NCBI GenBank assembly: GCA_963767735.1
Contig: CAVYES010000004.1
Span: forward strand, 256,001-320,000
Direction of reading: 5' to 3'
DNA length: 64,000 nucleotides
Source: Candidatus Bathyarchaeota archaeon
GTDB taxonomy: Archaea > Thermoproteota > Bathyarchaeia > Bathyarchaeales > Bathycorpusculaceae
The notes beneath the pieces were generated by a model. It saw only the letters and a list, made by a program, of their open reading frames with translations. It was not told the DNA's origin and did no database searches. Positions 10,166-21,865 of the stretch are shown here, in pieces. The first letter of the stretch is position 1; each line of letters opens with the position of its first letter. Both the position numbers and the translations under genes were made by a program.

Positions 10166-10390
10166 TTCATTATTGTTTTCTTCAGCATTAGATGAAGCCG
10201 TCTTTTATCACCAGTTATTGTCAAGAATGAATTCGTTTTTGAATATATCTTTTTTCACGAAGCTTACCCTTCTGGTCTGGTTATCTTTCCTTTGAGCTTT
10301 CAGTTCAAGAAAATATCAGGTTCAGATAACCTATTTGAAAAGGGTTTGCAATAGATTTTTTAATGTTTACTTTTAATCTTATTCGGGTGC

Positions 10391-11425
10391 ATGAATACGG
10401 GAGAAGAAATTTGGGTTCCGATGGATGGAGACACCTTTGTAACTAAAGACGGCTTCATACTGAACACCTTTGGATACGAGCATCCTGACGACCGCGTTTT
10501 TGCATTTCTCAAATACATTCCAGCAAAATTCAAAGAGCTCTTTAACGTGGAAATGCTGGAGCGAACATGGAAATTCGGCGAGAATCAGCTTTTCAGAGCA
10601 GAAAAACTCTACACAGCGAAAAATTACCAGACTTTTATTGAAGCCTTCCGCAAAAACTTTCCAGACTACCTTTACTATTGCCCTTTCCGCAACAAGGAGT
10701 TAATAACTGCACCGTTCGAGTTAATCCAGCAGGTTTTTGTTCCTAAAGACCGCTTGGTCTGGCTGGAGAACCTTCCGAAACGTGATAAGCTGCAACAGAT
10801 GGCTTTGGATCTTATCCATTTAATCTCTAAAGAATCAAACGTTCCCTTAAGCGACTTCGGCGTTCACGGCTCCATAGCTTTGAACATGCATGCGCCAGAG
10901 TCAGACATTGACTTTGTTATTTACGGCACAGAAAACTTCCGTTTAGTGGAAGAAGCCGTAGCAAGGCTTGTCAACGCCGCAAAATTAAGCTACATCATTG
11001 GTAACCGTATTGAAGCGGCAAGAAAATTCCAAGGAAAATACCTGGGCAAAATATTCATGTACAATGCAACGCAAAAGCCCGAGGAAGTTACAGCGAAATA
11101 CGGCGCGTACCGCTACATACCGCTTGACCCATTGCGCTTCCAAGCCACAGTTTGTGATGACACTGAAACCATGTATCGCCCATCAACATACAAAATCTCA
11201 GGCTACAAACCCCAAGACGATCAGTCAGAACTTGACTTAGACAAAGTTCCCATTCAAGTGGTCTCGAACATCGGCTGCTACAGAAACGTCGCTCGAGCAG
11301 GCAGCGAAATCAAAGTCGCAGGCAAACTAGAGAGAGTCGAATCGACAAGCTCAAGCGAAGTCTTCTATCAAGTGGTTGTTGGAACCGCAACTTCCGAGGA
11401 AGAATACATTTGGCCAACAGTTTGA
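10391..11425 (+). CDS. Predicted nucleotidyltransferase (COG1665-like, Pol-beta superfamily)
   Basis: [15 protein letters not shown]; GYEHP N-terminal motif; C-terminal GKLERV. Confidence 0.85.
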   Translation: MNTGEEIWVPMDGDTFVTKDGFILNTFGYEHPDDRVFAFLKYIPAKFKELFNVEMLERTWKFGENQLFRAEKLYTAKNYQTFIEAFRKNFPDYLYYCPFRNKELITAPFELIQQVFVPKDRLVWLENLPKRDKLQQMALDLIHLISKESNVPLSDFGVHGSIALNMHAPESDIDFVIYGTENFRLVEEAVARLVNAAKLSYIIGNRIEAARKFQGKYLGKIFMYNATQKPEEVTAKYGAYRYIPLDPLRFQATVCDDTETMYRPSTYKISGYKPQDDQSELDLDKVPIQVVSNIGCYRNVARAGSEIKVAGKLERVESTSSSEVFYQVVVGTATSEEEYIWPTV

Positions 11426-12483
11426 AACTGCGCGATCGAGACGCCATCGAAACATCTGAAGGCTTAATCTTCCGCGTCTTCGGCTACTCGCACCCGCAGG
11501 GTGCCTATGTATGCGACGCTGAATACGCCTCAGCAAAAATCTTCAACTCAGCTGACCCGCGGGCGCCCAGAACAGGCAAAGGGCAACTCTACTACAAATT
11601 CTACAACGACGAAGGCATGAAACTCGTATCTAAACGATACCCGCAGTACCTGATTTTCCACGAGATGCTTGGATTAAATCTTGTCGGCGTTAAAGACGAC
11701 GCCATGGCTGAGGCAAGAAAACCTGAGGTGCGGTTGCATGCTCTGCTGGAGGCAGGGCCAACAGACGAGCTGCTCGCGGCAATGGAACGCGTACTTATGA
11801 TATCGCTCAATAACTCGGGCTTAAAAATCGAGAACTTCGGCGTCTTCGGCTCAATGCTGCATGGATTTCATCATCCAAAATACTCAGACATAGACTTGAT
11901 AGTTTACGGCAAAAAAGAAAATACCAAAATGTGCGACACCCTCCAAGCTCTTTACACTGATAAGCAGTCTGGTTTTCACAACGAATTCAAGTCGGACCAA
12001 GCAATGGCGGGTAAGGATTGGCGGTTCAAAAATTTCACTGTAGAAGACTTCGTTTGGCATCAGCGAAGAAAACAAATCTACGGCTTATACGACGATAAAG
12101 CCAGTGGAAGAACTATAAAAGCCGAGTTTGAACCGGTGAGGGCTTGGAGCGAAATCAAATCAGAATACGATACCAAAACGAGAATTAATCAGAAAGGCTG
12201 GGTTAAACTCAAAGCCCGAATCACATCGGATGATGAAGCACCGTTCATCCCGTCAATATACGAAATTGAACCCATGGAAGTGTTAAATGGTGGTCCAGAA
12301 GCGCTTGAAGCTAAACGGGTTTTTTCTTTCATGGAAGAGTTTCGTCAGCAAGCGCAAAAAGACGAGGTAGTAATTGTTGAGGGTAATCTGGAAGAAGTTG
12401 TGTCGCCAGCTGATCGTTTTCATCAGGTTACGCTGACTTATTGCTCACGTTACTACGAGCAAACCTTGAAAGTACTGCACTAA
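11410..12483 (+). CDS. Predicted nucleotidyltransferase (COG1665-like)
   Basis: [15 protein letters not shown]; GYSHP; C-terminal GNLEEV. Confidence 0.85.
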   Translation: MANSLKLRDRDAIETSEGLIFRVFGYSHPQGAYVCDAEYASAKIFNSADPRAPRTGKGQLYYKFYNDEGMKLVSKRYPQYLIFHEMLGLNLVGVKDDAMAEARKPEVRLHALLEAGPTDELLAAMERVLMISLNNSGLKIENFGVFGSMLHGFHHPKYSDIDLIVYGKKENTKMCDTLQALYTDKQSGFHNEFKSDQAMAGKDWRFKNFTVEDFVWHQRRKQIYGLYDDKASGRTIKAEFEPVRAWSEIKSEYDTKTRINQKGWVKLKARITSDDEAPFIPSIYEIEPMEVLNGGPEALEAKRVFSFMEEFRQQAQKDEVVIVEGNLEEVVSPADRFHQVTLTYCSRYYEQTLKVLH

Positions 12484-13502
12484 ATATTTGAGAGAACCAT
12501 GTAGTCCGACGGCTTATTGCCCAGAATCAAACGGAAATGTTCGCTGCCCGTTTTCTTGTTTGTGACCAATTCAACTTTGCCCTGCGCCTCAACCGCCTCA
12601 CCGTTTGCCGCCTGCTCACAGAATCTGCCGCGGAACGAAACAATCTCCACTATTGGCGCCACTTTGGGTCCTTCAACAACCCGGACATCTTGCAATCTGT
12701 ACGTGCAGGGCGTGAAAAGCGCGTCGGTGCTGTCCGCTATGTTGGCTGTTATTTTACCGTAGCCACTGTTTTTAAAACACACGTCTCCATATTGCTCGTT
12801 TACTTCGCTCCAATCCTTCACAAAACGAATAAAATAGTCGGTTCCCATAAATTTGCCCTGAAACGCCTTTCGGCTTTCGACTAAAACGAAGTCTTCGAAG
12901 CTCATTTGGGTGTCTTTCGAACGGAAATCGAATAGCTCCTGCAGCTCCACTCGCGTGTAGGGCTTTAACCCTGAATCCTTGTCTTTGAGCAGATTCTGCA
13001 GGGCGGAGTAGGCTCTTCGGCAATTCTCAACCCCGTAAACCAGCGGGTCGATGTCTGATTTTTCAGTGGTTAATCCAGCCATTATTGACCCGGAAATGCC
13101 TATGCTGCTCCAGGGAATCTTCGCTTCTTTTTTTAAGCTTTCAGCTAGCTGCAAAGCCTTGCTCTCCAATACGTTTAGGTCCTTGGCTGTGCGCAGTGAC
13201 CAGAGTTTTTCTTCAGGCTTATAATGTTCAGCTACGTCTGAGATGGGAACTTCGCACATTGTTTCGCCAAAAACTGGGTCAAAAACTATCAAAGCGGGGT
13301 GATTTTCTTGCAGGTACTTGAACCTGTCACTTAGGCTGTAGACTTTGCCGTAAGTGGTGTCTTTGCCTTGTCTATTGCCCTGCGGAGAGGGAATAAATCT
13401 GGGAAACGCAACAATTTTGTCCGCTGGATGAACTAAGCCTTTAACATCGAACACCACACTGCTCTTAGTTTTAATTAAGTCGCCTTCACGAGCCCTCATC
13501 AA
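12480..13502 (-). CDS. Predicted nucleotidyltransferase (COG1665-like)
   Basis: GISGS..KSDIDPLVYG; GLVHP; C-terminal GKVELV. Confidence 0.85.
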   Translation of the reverse strand: MMRAREGDLIKTKSSVVFDVKGLVHPADKIVAFPRFIPSPQGNRQGKDTTYGKVYSLSDRFKYLQENHPALIVFDPVFGETMCEVPISDVAEHYKPEEKLWSLRTAKDLNVLESKALQLAESLKKEAKIPWSSIGISGSIMAGLTTEKSDIDPLVYGVENCRRAYSALQNLLKDKDSGLKPYTRVELQELFDFRSKDTQMSFEDFVLVESRKAFQGKFMGTDYFIRFVKDWSEVNEQYGDVCFKNSGYGKITANIADSTDALFTPCTYRLQDVRVVEGPKVAPIVEIVSFRGRFCEQAANGEAVEAQGKVELVTNKKTGSEHFRLILGNKPSDYMVLSNI

Positions 13503-13670
13503 ATTCGCTTTCTCCCAGCCTATGACTCTTTCAATTGCTTCTAAGTGTATTTAGCTTTTTGATATTTGTTTTTTGTTTGTCGAATAGAACAACAACAGCT
13601 GCGTTGCCATTTTTGTTCAAGTTTTTTTGGGTTGGTTTTTTGATTTAGAGGTTGAATCTGTTGTAGGATG

Positions 13671-13710
13671 TGTGCCAAAATGTGCCAAAATGTGTGGAAT
13701 TGTGAGAAAG
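13671..13710. repeat. Four tandem 10-mers (TGTGCCAAAA-type)
   Basis: tgtgccaaaa tgtgccaaaa tgtgtggaat tgtgagaaag; same unit as 46601-46670. Confidence 0.7.
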
Positions 13711-14164
13711 ACAGCTTCAGTTTTCTTTACTCGAGGGAAATTTCAGGGTGCAGTGAAGAGCCTTCGTTTGCGATTGAGCTGCTTGGTTTAGTAAAGAATG
13801 AAATTCAGAAAGATTTGGCGCATCAGAGCAGACGAGAGTTTATTGATTGTCTTTAATAGAACAACGATGGGGAGTTCTTGCTTAATTTTTGTTCTTTTTG
13901 TTTTGGCTTGCTTTTTTGAATCAAAGCTTAAATCGTTTGCAGGTTGCGTACACAGAAGCACACTAAAGCGCAAGAAAGCAAACAGAAGCACAAGGAAGTA
14001 TTTTGGTGTCCCTCGACTTATTCCAAAAAGGAGGCATTTTTGGGCTGCCGAAGGTAACCCGCGTTAATCTCAATGAATTTCGATTAGACAACGTTTAAAC
14101 TAAACAAGCCTGCCCGCATTTTTTTGTAAAGTTTAATAAACCTTCTTTTTACCACTTAAAGTCG

Positions 14165-15121
14165 GTGCATCCAATGTTCAACAATGAAAAGGGACAGCAC
14201 ATCTCCAAATGCTTACAATTGGCGATCCTGCTTGAAGTCAGCGCTGAAAAACCAGGCAACGTCAACTTGACGTCAAATTTTGAAGGAACGATATACCAGC
14301 ATTTCTTGGCTTCAGCCGTTGCCGCTGGGCCATCCTTCCAAGAAGCCGCTGGCCGAGGCATTAAAGTGGCAGAAAACAAACTTGGCGTAAGCGAGGTTGG
14401 CTTGGGACAACTCATCAAAACCTGCGCCGCCGATATTAATGCTTGGCAAAGAGGCGGAAACACGATTCTAGGCACAATAATGCTTTTTGCCCCAATCGCT
14501 GTAGCCGCAGGCATGACTCCAGCCAACAAAGATTACCTTTTTGATTTTTCCGTTTTACGCAAAAATATTGATTTAGCGGTTAAATCAACTACCGCATGGG
14601 ACTCGGTGCGTCTCTACGAGGCAGTAGATATCGCCAACCCAAGCGGTCTCAATGAAGCGCCCGACCTCGATGTCACCGACCCCAGCTCAAAAGAGCGTTT
14701 GATAAAAGAAAATGTCACGCTATTTAATGTCTTCAAAATCGCTTCAGCATACGATGATATCTGCGCCGAATGGGTAAACAATTATCCAGTAACCTTCGAC
14801 TTAGCATACCCATACTTACTGGAGCAGCTAAAAAGCAAGCCTTTGAACACAGCCGTCGTTCACACGTTCCTAAAAATCCTCTCACAGCGCCCCGACACTT
14901 TCATAACAAGAAAAGTTGGCAAAGAGAAAGCAGAGGAAGTGTCATCTGACGCCAAGGCTCTCTTGGAGCTTGGCGGGTTACAAACCGCGGAAGGCAAGAA
15001 AAGCATCAAAGAGTTTGATTTGAAATTGCGGTTATCCCAAAACAACTGTAATCCTGGAACGACAGCGGATTTAACAGCAGCTGCTTTAGCTCTTTGCACT
15101 CTCAGTGGATACAGACCTTGA
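14165..15121 (+). CDS. citG: Triphosphoribosyl-dephospho-CoA synthase-like protein (CitG family, archaeal type)
   Basis: LEVSAEKPGNV, NTILG and NPGTTADL motifs. Confidence 0.88.
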   Translation: MHPMFNNEKGQHISKCLQLAILLEVSAEKPGNVNLTSNFEGTIYQHFLASAVAAGPSFQEAAGRGIKVAENKLGVSEVGLGQLIKTCAADINAWQRGGNTILGTIMLFAPIAVAAGMTPANKDYLFDFSVLRKNIDLAVKSTTAWDSVRLYEAVDIANPSGLNEAPDLDVTDPSSKERLIKENVTLFNVFKIASAYDDICAEWVNNYPVTFDLAYPYLLEQLKSKPLNTAVVHTFLKILSQRPDTFITRKVGKEKAEEVSSDAKALLELGGLQTAEGKKSIKEFDLKLRLSQNNCNPGTTADLTAAALALCTLSGYRP

Positions 15122-15172
15122 ACTAGATTGTAAAAAGTTATCGTGAGCGTGTTTTGAGAAGGCTTTTAAAAT

Positions 15173-15721
15173 ATGCCTGTTAGTTTAGAATCTATGCATT
15201 TGAGAAACATTGCAAGCGTGCTTAGGTGCAGAAGGTTTTGGGTTTGGGAGATTGGAGGCGCCGTTATCTATGCGGTTCCCGCCGCGATTCGGCTTGCGAT
15301 AGGCAGCTCTGTTTTGCCACTATTTAGTTTGTTAGCGACTCCCAGCCTTGGCTATTATGTCCCAAGCAACTTGGTTGAGAAGATTATTGTTAACGCATTT
15401 TTCCCTGGAGGCGCGGGAGCCATTGCAGGTGAACTATATTTTTCAAGTGCCTATGCTAAAAAACTTGAGGGCAAACAGAAGTACTTTGCTCGCCTCAGCG
15501 GCGCTTTGTTGCAGACGGGTGCTTGGTCGCTGCTTCAGCTTTCGGGTGGTCTGTTAGGAATTGCTGGGTCCTGGGGCGGAAACCTCTTTGAGTACCCGTC
15601 GGTTTTTCCGTTAAATTTCCTGTTGGCTTCGCTTTCGATTTTTACTCCTGACGTGCTTGGCTTTCTCAAAAAACAAGTTGGCAAGGCGTATGGCAGGTTA
15701 AAACGTGGGGAGCAGCGTTAA
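15173..15721 (+). CDS. Hypothetical membrane protein
   Basis: Several hydrophobic segments; lies between citG and mch. Confidence 0.65.
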   Translation: MPVSLESMHLRNIASVLRCRRFWVWEIGGAVIYAVPAAIRLAIGSSVLPLFSLLATPSLGYYVPSNLVEKIIVNAFFPGGAGAIAGELYFSSAYAKKLEGKQKYFARLSGALLQTGAWSLLQLSGGLLGIAGSWGGNLFEYPSVFPLNFLLASLSIFTPDVLGFLKKQVGKAYGRLKRGEQR

Positions 15722-15774
15722 GTTAATAATATCGAAATAGTAGTCAACAATAGACGTATTTGAAGTGATAAATC

Positions 15775-16734
15775 ATGGCAGCTTTAAGTGTTAACCAAAT
15801 GGCTTGGAATATAGCCCAAAAACTTCTCGATAACCCCGAATTCTACGGCTTAACCATTTCAAAATCAACCGCGGGAGCCACAATCGTTGACGCAGGAGTT
15901 AAAGCTCCAGGTGGCTTTCAAGCAGGCAAAAAACTAACCGAGCTTTGCTTGGGCGGAGCAGGAAAAGTCCAACTTGGCTTCAAAACCTACGGAGACCTAT
16001 CCTTTCCCTCAGTAACCGTCGCCTCTGACCATCCCGCCATCGCAATGCTGGGTTCCCAGTTTGCCGGCTGGCGTATTAAAGACGGGGACTCTGTAGCTAT
16101 CGGTTCAGGTCCAGCTCGCGCGTTGGCGTTGAAGCCTAAGGATGTTTACGAAGAAATAGGCTACAAGGACTCAAGCGATAGGGCAGTGCTTACGCTGGAG
16201 AGCAACAGCTTGCCTTCTGACGCACTTATTGAAAAAGTAATGTGTGCCAGCAACGTTTCAGCGGCAAACTTGATTGTTGTGGTTGCTCCAACCGCCAGCA
16301 TCGCTGGTTTAACCCAAGTCACGGGCAGAATAGTGGAAGTTGGCATACACAAACTCAGAACCCTCGGCTTAGGCCCCAAATTGATTCGTTACGCGATGGG
16401 TTACGCGCCGATTCCGCCGCTGGGCACCGATTTTGAAGTAGCAATGGCCCGCACAAACGACGCTATCCTCTACGGCGGCACAGTCTACTGCACCGTCGAC
16501 TATGACGATGAGGCTGCGCTGCAGAAGATTATTGAGCAGGCGCCGTCTATGGCTTCAAAAGATTATGGGAAACCGTTTCTGCAGATTTTCCGCGAAGCAG
16601 ACAAAGACTTCTACAAAATAGACCACGGCTTATTCGCGCCGGCAGTGCTGATGGTAAACAACGCTAAAACTGGCAGGACATTCAAGGCAGGACAAATTAA
16701 TCCTAAGGTACTAGCTGAATCCCTAGGATTCTAA
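15775..16734 (+). CDS. mch: Methenyltetrahydromethanopterin cyclohydrolase
   Basis: LSVN, GSQFAGW, GSGPARALA, TNDAILYGG and DFYKID..LFAPA motifs. Confidence 0.95.
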   Translation: MAALSVNQMAWNIAQKLLDNPEFYGLTISKSTAGATIVDAGVKAPGGFQAGKKLTELCLGGAGKVQLGFKTYGDLSFPSVTVASDHPAIAMLGSQFAGWRIKDGDSVAIGSGPARALALKPKDVYEEIGYKDSSDRAVLTLESNSLPSDALIEKVMCASNVSAANLIVVVAPTASIAGLTQVTGRIVEVGIHKLRTLGLGPKLIRYAMGYAPIPPLGTDFEVAMARTNDAILYGGTVYCTVDYDDEAALQKIIEQAPSMASKDYGKPFLQIFREADKDFYKIDHGLFAPAVLMVNNAKTGRTFKAGQINPKVLAESLGF

Positions 16735-16746
16735 GGCTTTCTTTTT

Positions 16747-17331
16747 TTATTGTAATTTGAATCTTGAAGTTATTGGTATTGCTATTGCGATGGCGATTGG
16801 TATTGTGTACAATGCGACTGTTGCGTTGAAAAGCGCGCTCAGCGGCAGAAAAGCCAAAGCAGCAGGTTGAGTAAAAGAGAAGCCTATTGGATATGGCTGC
16901 TGTATCGAAAAGTAGTTTACAACCGTTGTAACTACGACGCGCATTATGATTCCTAATGCTGTTGCTGATATGCTTATTATTTTTATGTGCTGTTTAAGGT
17001 AGTTGCTAAAGTTTTCTGTTTTACACCCTCGAACGGCAAGCTGGTATGGTAAATAGATTCCTAAAAACATTGATAGGATTGCGATAAGGTTGTACAGTGG
17101 TCCGGCATTTGCACCGGGGTTAAAAACGGCAAAAAGAATAAGAGTGTTGATTGCTGCAACTGCGACGCCTACTTTTGGTCCTATTGCTATAAAGGCCAAG
17201 GCTATTGGAATTTCCCATAGTTGATAGTAGAGGAATGGTGAGTAAGGTGCCGGAATTTTTGGTCCTGCAATGTTTAGTGCTGCGGCTAATGCAACGAAGA
17301 CTATGATTAACGCTAGTGTTTTGGTATTCAT
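16747..17331 (-). CDS. ECF transporter S-component-like membrane protein
   Basis: Small multi-pass protein with IPAPYSPFLYYQLWEIP and GPKVG motifs. Confidence 0.7.
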   Translation of the reverse strand: MNTKTLALIIVFVALAAALNIAGPKIPAPYSPFLYYQLWEIPIALAFIAIGPKVGVAVAAINTLILFAVFNPGANAGPLYNLIAILSMFLGIYLPYQLAVRGCKTENFSNYLKQHIKIISISATALGIIMRVVVTTVVNYFSIQQPYPIGFSFTQPAALAFLPLSALFNATVALYTIPIAIAIAIPITSRFKLQ

Positions 17332-17467
17332 TTGTTTGCACGTCTGCTTGTTGATTGCCTCGTTAGCTATTTAAGAGTAACTACTCAAAAATGGGTGGTG
17401 AATCAGCATAAAATTTGGAAATAGTGATAAATAAGCCAACATAAGATAAGATATACAGGGAAGCCAA

Positions 17468-18721
17468 TTGACGGAAACAACGGTCCAGTTCACATCATCT
17501 GATGAAGTTAAGCGGTGGCTTGAAAACAAGACAAGCTCAATCCTCTCGCCTGTACATGCCCAAGCCAAAAGATTAAGGGACGATATGAACGCAGCAATCG
17601 AGGCTGTCAGAGACGTAAGCCAGATGCTTCTGGACAATAGTACACGAGAAATTGAAAGAAGAAACATGAAAGTTTACAACCGAGCCAGAGCCCTAAACAA
17701 AATTGCTCATTTATTTCTCGACCGCCTCAAAAAAATCACTCCTCCAGAAGAAATTTCCTATGACACCTTAAGTAAATATGCTCAGGAAATTCAAAAAGTC
17801 TTCATCGTAATTGATATCGACATTAAGAATTGGTTTCCGAGAATTTCACCCTTCTTTATCATGGATAGAAGAAAATTTTCAGCCATTTATGAACGATCTA
17901 AGCAAGCATATGCAACCCTCAATGACTTTGTCACTAAAGAGTACGTTAAAACTAAAACTTTGGAAGAGGCCTTCCAGCTTCTAAATGAACTTCAAAGCGT
18001 TCAACAACAATTAGCTTCAATTGGAGAAGAAAAAGGAAAAATAACGGATGAGCGCACACCGATCGACAAAGAAATCGCTGAACTGGAACAAAAAATTACT
18101 GAGTTGAAAAATAGCGGACCGATTGATAAGCTCAACGCGGTGAACGCCGAAATAGATGTGTTGAGCTGTGAATTGAAACATTCAATCAGGTATCTGCAAA
18201 AACCGTTCATAAAAATGCAGGCATTAGCCACCACGGGCGGCGGAGGCGGAATAACTCCGGACGAGCTTAGCAAGGTGAATCAGTATTTGGAGAATCCTTT
18301 TGAAGCTTTGATTGCTGAGGAGATTGGTTATCCGATGCTTAAGGAGATTTTGCAGAAGCTTGAGGGTTTAATGGCTGAGGACAAGCTTAAACTAAAATCT
18401 GATAAAGCAAGGAAAGCCGAACAGTCCATAAGCGAGATCCTGAAGACCGACGCGCTCCTAAAGCTTCAAACAAAATGCGTGGAAATGGCAACAACAAGCG
18501 AACAGTTGTCAGGTTCCCCAATGATGGATGAAGTAAAACGCAACCTATCCGTGTTTCAGGGGCAACTTGACCAGCTAAAAGCGAGAAAAACCAGCTTAGA
18601 AACACATGAAGCAGTTAAAGAAAATGCGCATAAAGAGGCTGTTGATAAAATCAGCAATCTCAAGCGGTCGATTGAAAGAAATATTTACAGCTCTATTGAA
18701 ATAAAAGTTCAAATTCCATAG
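17468..18721 (+). CDS. Long coiled-coil hypothetical protein
   Basis: 417 aa, E/K/L-rich with heptad character. Confidence 0.75.
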   Translation: MTETTVQFTSSDEVKRWLENKTSSILSPVHAQAKRLRDDMNAAIEAVRDVSQMLLDNSTREIERRNMKVYNRARALNKIAHLFLDRLKKITPPEEISYDTLSKYAQEIQKVFIVIDIDIKNWFPRISPFFIMDRRKFSAIYERSKQAYATLNDFVTKEYVKTKTLEEAFQLLNELQSVQQQLASIGEEKGKITDERTPIDKEIAELEQKITELKNSGPIDKLNAVNAEIDVLSCELKHSIRYLQKPFIKMQALATTGGGGGITPDELSKVNQYLENPFEALIAEEIGYPMLKEILQKLEGLMAEDKLKLKSDKARKAEQSISEILKTDALLKLQTKCVEMATTSEQLSGSPMMDEVKRNLSVFQGQLDQLKARKTSLETHEAVKENAHKEAVDKISNLKRSIERNIYSSIEIKVQIP

Positions 18722-19074
18722 TTGGCATGGTCAAAGTAGACAACTAAGTTTTCAATGTTGAAAAGCCATTTGTGTGGAACTGCTCAATAATAGTTGTTTT
18801 ATGTTTATCGAGTAGAAAAGAGTCAAAATTTTCAGTTCAAGCTAAATTCGCAAGCAAAACCCTTGCATGCTGATTGTTGACTTACAATAAAACGCTTTGC
18901 TTTTTTTGACGTGCGATATGCAATTACTCGAACTCAAAGCTTATGTCGAAATGCTTAATTGCTTCGTCAGCGCTAGCTGAAATTATAATTGATTGCTTCT
19001 TGCTGTAATGTTGATTAGGTTGAGGACGCATCAAGATAATAAACTATTCAAGTTAACTAAGGCAAAGAGGATTA

Positions 19075-20089
19075 ATGTTGCCAAACGAAAACGCCATTGA
19101 AACCATTAACCTAACAAAAACGTTCAAATCAAAAACTCAAGAGTCCAACGGATTCTTTAGGCGTAAAACAGTTTCCGTAAACGCGGTTGACAACCTAAAC
19201 CTGCAAATCAAGAAAGGCGAACTCTTTGGGCTTCTTGGTCCGAACGGAGCTGGAAAAACAACGCTGGTCAAAATGTTATGCACTCTTCTTCCGCCCGACA
19301 GTGGAACCGGCGTTAGTCAACGGTTACGACATAGTTAAGGAGCAAATGAAAGTTAAGCGGTCGCTTGGCACTCTTTTCAGCGTCGGAGAAAGAGGCTTTT
19401 TTTGGAGGCTGAACGGTTACCGAAACCTCGAGTTCTTTGCTTCAATTTATAATGTGCCCAGACAAAAACGGCACGAACGAATTTTGGAAGTCTTAAAACT
19501 TGTCGGTTTAGAAAACAATACTTTTCAGTTATACCAGAAGTATTCAGGCGGAATGAAAAGAAAACTCGCTCTTGCAAGAACGTTGCTTCCAGACCCGCCC
19601 ATAATTATGCTTGATGAACCTACGACCGGGTTAGACGCAATTTCCTCTCGCCACGTTCGTGACTTCGTTAAAAGCACAGTTAAGGAAACAGGCAAAACAG
19701 TGCTTTACACTACTCATTATATCGAGGAGGCAGCGCAAATCTGCACTAAAATCGGCATCCTCAAGCAGGGCAAAATAGTTGCCCTTGATACACCCGATGC
19801 CTTGCGGGCAAAAATCAAGAAGGACGAGTTAATTTACCTGACCTTTGAACAAGTAACGCAAGGTCAGATCGAAAAAATGCGTTCCCTATACGGCGTAATC
19901 GACGTAATAGAAGAAGCGGCGCCAAACCTAATGCCCGGCCAGCAAGCTTTGCGTGTTGAGTTGAAAAGCGTTGACCAGCTGCCGCTAATCTTCGATTTTA
20001 TTTTCGACCAAAAAATTAAGCTTATCAATTTTAAGCAAGAAGAACCCAGCTTGGAAGATGCGTTCATAGAGTTAACTAAGAGGGCATGA
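19075..20089 (+). CDS. ABC transporter ATP-binding protein, frameshifted near 19310
   Basis: Walker [10 protein letters not shown] is in the first ORF; YSGGMKRK and LDEPT are in the second. Confidence 0.9.
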
Positions 20090-20093
20090 GAGC

Positions 20094-20891
20094 ATGGGTG
20101 TAGAGGCTGAGCTTGAGAAAATCTGGTATTTCATGAAGCGGGACATGGTTAGCTTCTCTACTTACAAAACGAACATTCTCATCCTGATTTTCACTGCAGT
20201 TTTCGGGGCCTTATCCTTCGCTTATCTTGGACAGAGCTCCGTTAATCAAACTGTAACTCAATTATACCATACGAGCTACACAACTTACCTACTTATCGGG
20301 TTAGCCTTCAACACTTACCTTGGACAAGCCTTGACACTGGTGCAAAAAACCATTAATCCTTGGGCGCTGGAAGAAGTTTTGGTTTCGCCAACTAGCTTAA
20401 CAACATTCATCATCGGTAGCTCAATTTGGGGCTTTGTCTGGAGCACAGGCGTCGTGGCAATTTACCTTCTTATCGGCGTGTACTTTTTCGGAGTAACCCT
20501 GAGCGTCAACATCGCAGGGGCACTGATTGTTCTAGCCTTAGGCATCGGCACATTCATCGGTATCAGTATGATTGGCTCAGGCATACTGATTCTAACCAAA
20601 CAAGGCGACCCAGTGACAGCGCTAATGACCATAGCAATAAGCCTGTTTGGAAACGTGCTTTTTCCCCCACAAGTCCTGCCGCCCTTCCTGCGAATAATCG
20701 CCTACATAACTCCACCATACTACTTCATGACCTGCATCAAGCAAATGCTTACGGGATCTACTATCGCCATGATTCTGCCTAACTTGGAGATTTTGGCTCT
20801 GATGTGCGCCATCATCGTGCCCTTAGGATACGTCATTTACGCCTGGTGCCTGAAAACGGCAAGGAAAAACGGAACCCTCTCATGGTTCTAA
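20094..20891 (+). CDS. ABC-2 type permease
   Basis: Six hydrophobic segments, LEEVLVSP and FPPQVLP motifs; follows the ATPase. Confidence 0.88.
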   Translation: MGVEAELEKIWYFMKRDMVSFSTYKTNILILIFTAVFGALSFAYLGQSSVNQTVTQLYHTSYTTYLLIGLAFNTYLGQALTLVQKTINPWALEEVLVSPTSLTTFIIGSSIWGFVWSTGVVAIYLLIGVYFFGVTLSVNIAGALIVLALGIGTFIGISMIGSGILILTKQGDPVTALMTIAISLFGNVLFPPQVLPPFLRIIAYITPPYYFMTCIKQMLTGSTIAMILPNLEILALMCAIIVPLGYVIYAWCLKTARKNGTLSWF

Positions 20892-21061
20892 ATTTTTAAG
20901 GGGATCAATGAAAAATAACAGTTGCGATATTGAGCAAAGCGCATGATAATTTACCGCACCCGGAGTCTTTGCGTCCTATCATTGGTTCAAGCGGTATTGT
21001 TTTTTTATTACGCACAAATCGTTAATACTGAATTTAGTTTACCTGTAAGACGGGGTTAAGC

Positions 21062-21358
21062 ATGGCATCCAAACTAGAAATGTACGTTGATATTCTGAAC
21101 GTTTTAGAGCAAAGAGGCTCACTGAGGGTATCGCAAATTATGCATGAGGCAAACCTCAATTGCAACACTCTGAAAAGATGCTTGGATTTTCTGAGTAAAC
21201 AAGGACTGATTGAAGAGAGAATGATTGGAAAAAGCGGCGTCGTTTACGCTAATACTGCTCGCGGAGCAGCAGTGGTCAAATTCTTTATTGGATTAGATAG
21301 GACGCTTTCCGTTAAGGAAGAAGAAAGCAATATCTCGCCAGTTCCCTACAGAGACTGA
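21062..21358 (+). CDS. Winged-helix regulator (HTH_45-like)
   Basis: SKLEMYVDILNVL..IMHEANLN..YANTARG. Confidence 0.8.
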   Translation: MASKLEMYVDILNVLEQRGSLRVSQIMHEANLNCNTLKRCLDFLSKQGLIEERMIGKSGVVYANTARGAAVVKFFIGLDRTLSVKEEESNISPVPYRD

Positions 21359-21378
21359 GACTGCTATTCGTCACTCTG

Positions 21379-21672
21379 TTAGTCGATTCGGGTTATGTTG
21401 GTTCCATCAAATATTGAGTCGTTATCCTCACCATCATCATTTAATCCGAAATATTTACACAGCCTTTGTCCTCTGTCCGTGATAGAATACACTTTTTTGG
21501 TTCCAAGGGTTTTTTCAACAATCAAGTCCAACTTTACAAGAAAGTTAAGGTATTCTTTCGGCAAGGCTAAGTTGAAGTCACCTTTGCACACTATTTGTTT
21601 TAGCGTTATTGAATCCCAATTAGCTAAGACCTGGATGACGGCGAGGTACTTCTCCATTCTTGAAAGACCCAA
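21379..21672 (-). CDS. Winged-helix regulator (HTH_45-like, divergent)
   Basis: SRMEKYLAVIQVL..EYLNFLVKLDLI..YSITDRG. Confidence 0.75.
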   Translation of the reverse strand: MGLSRMEKYLAVIQVLANWDSITLKQIVCKGDFNLALPKEYLNFLVKLDLIVEKTLGTKKVYSITDRGQRLCKYFGLNDDGEDNDSIFDGTNITRID

Positions 21673-21865
21673 ATTGTTCGCCTTTCACACCAAAATTCAC
21701 CTTCACGATTATTAAGCCTTTCCTCTTGAGTCTGCTCTAATGCGAGAACGGCCGGAGGGGCACTTTCGTTTTACTGCGTTAAAAGGCCTGATTTATGTTG
21801 TTTTGATGGTGTATGTTGGTTTTTAGGTGTTGTTGTGTTTTGTTTGTTGGGTTTGGTGTTTTTGT

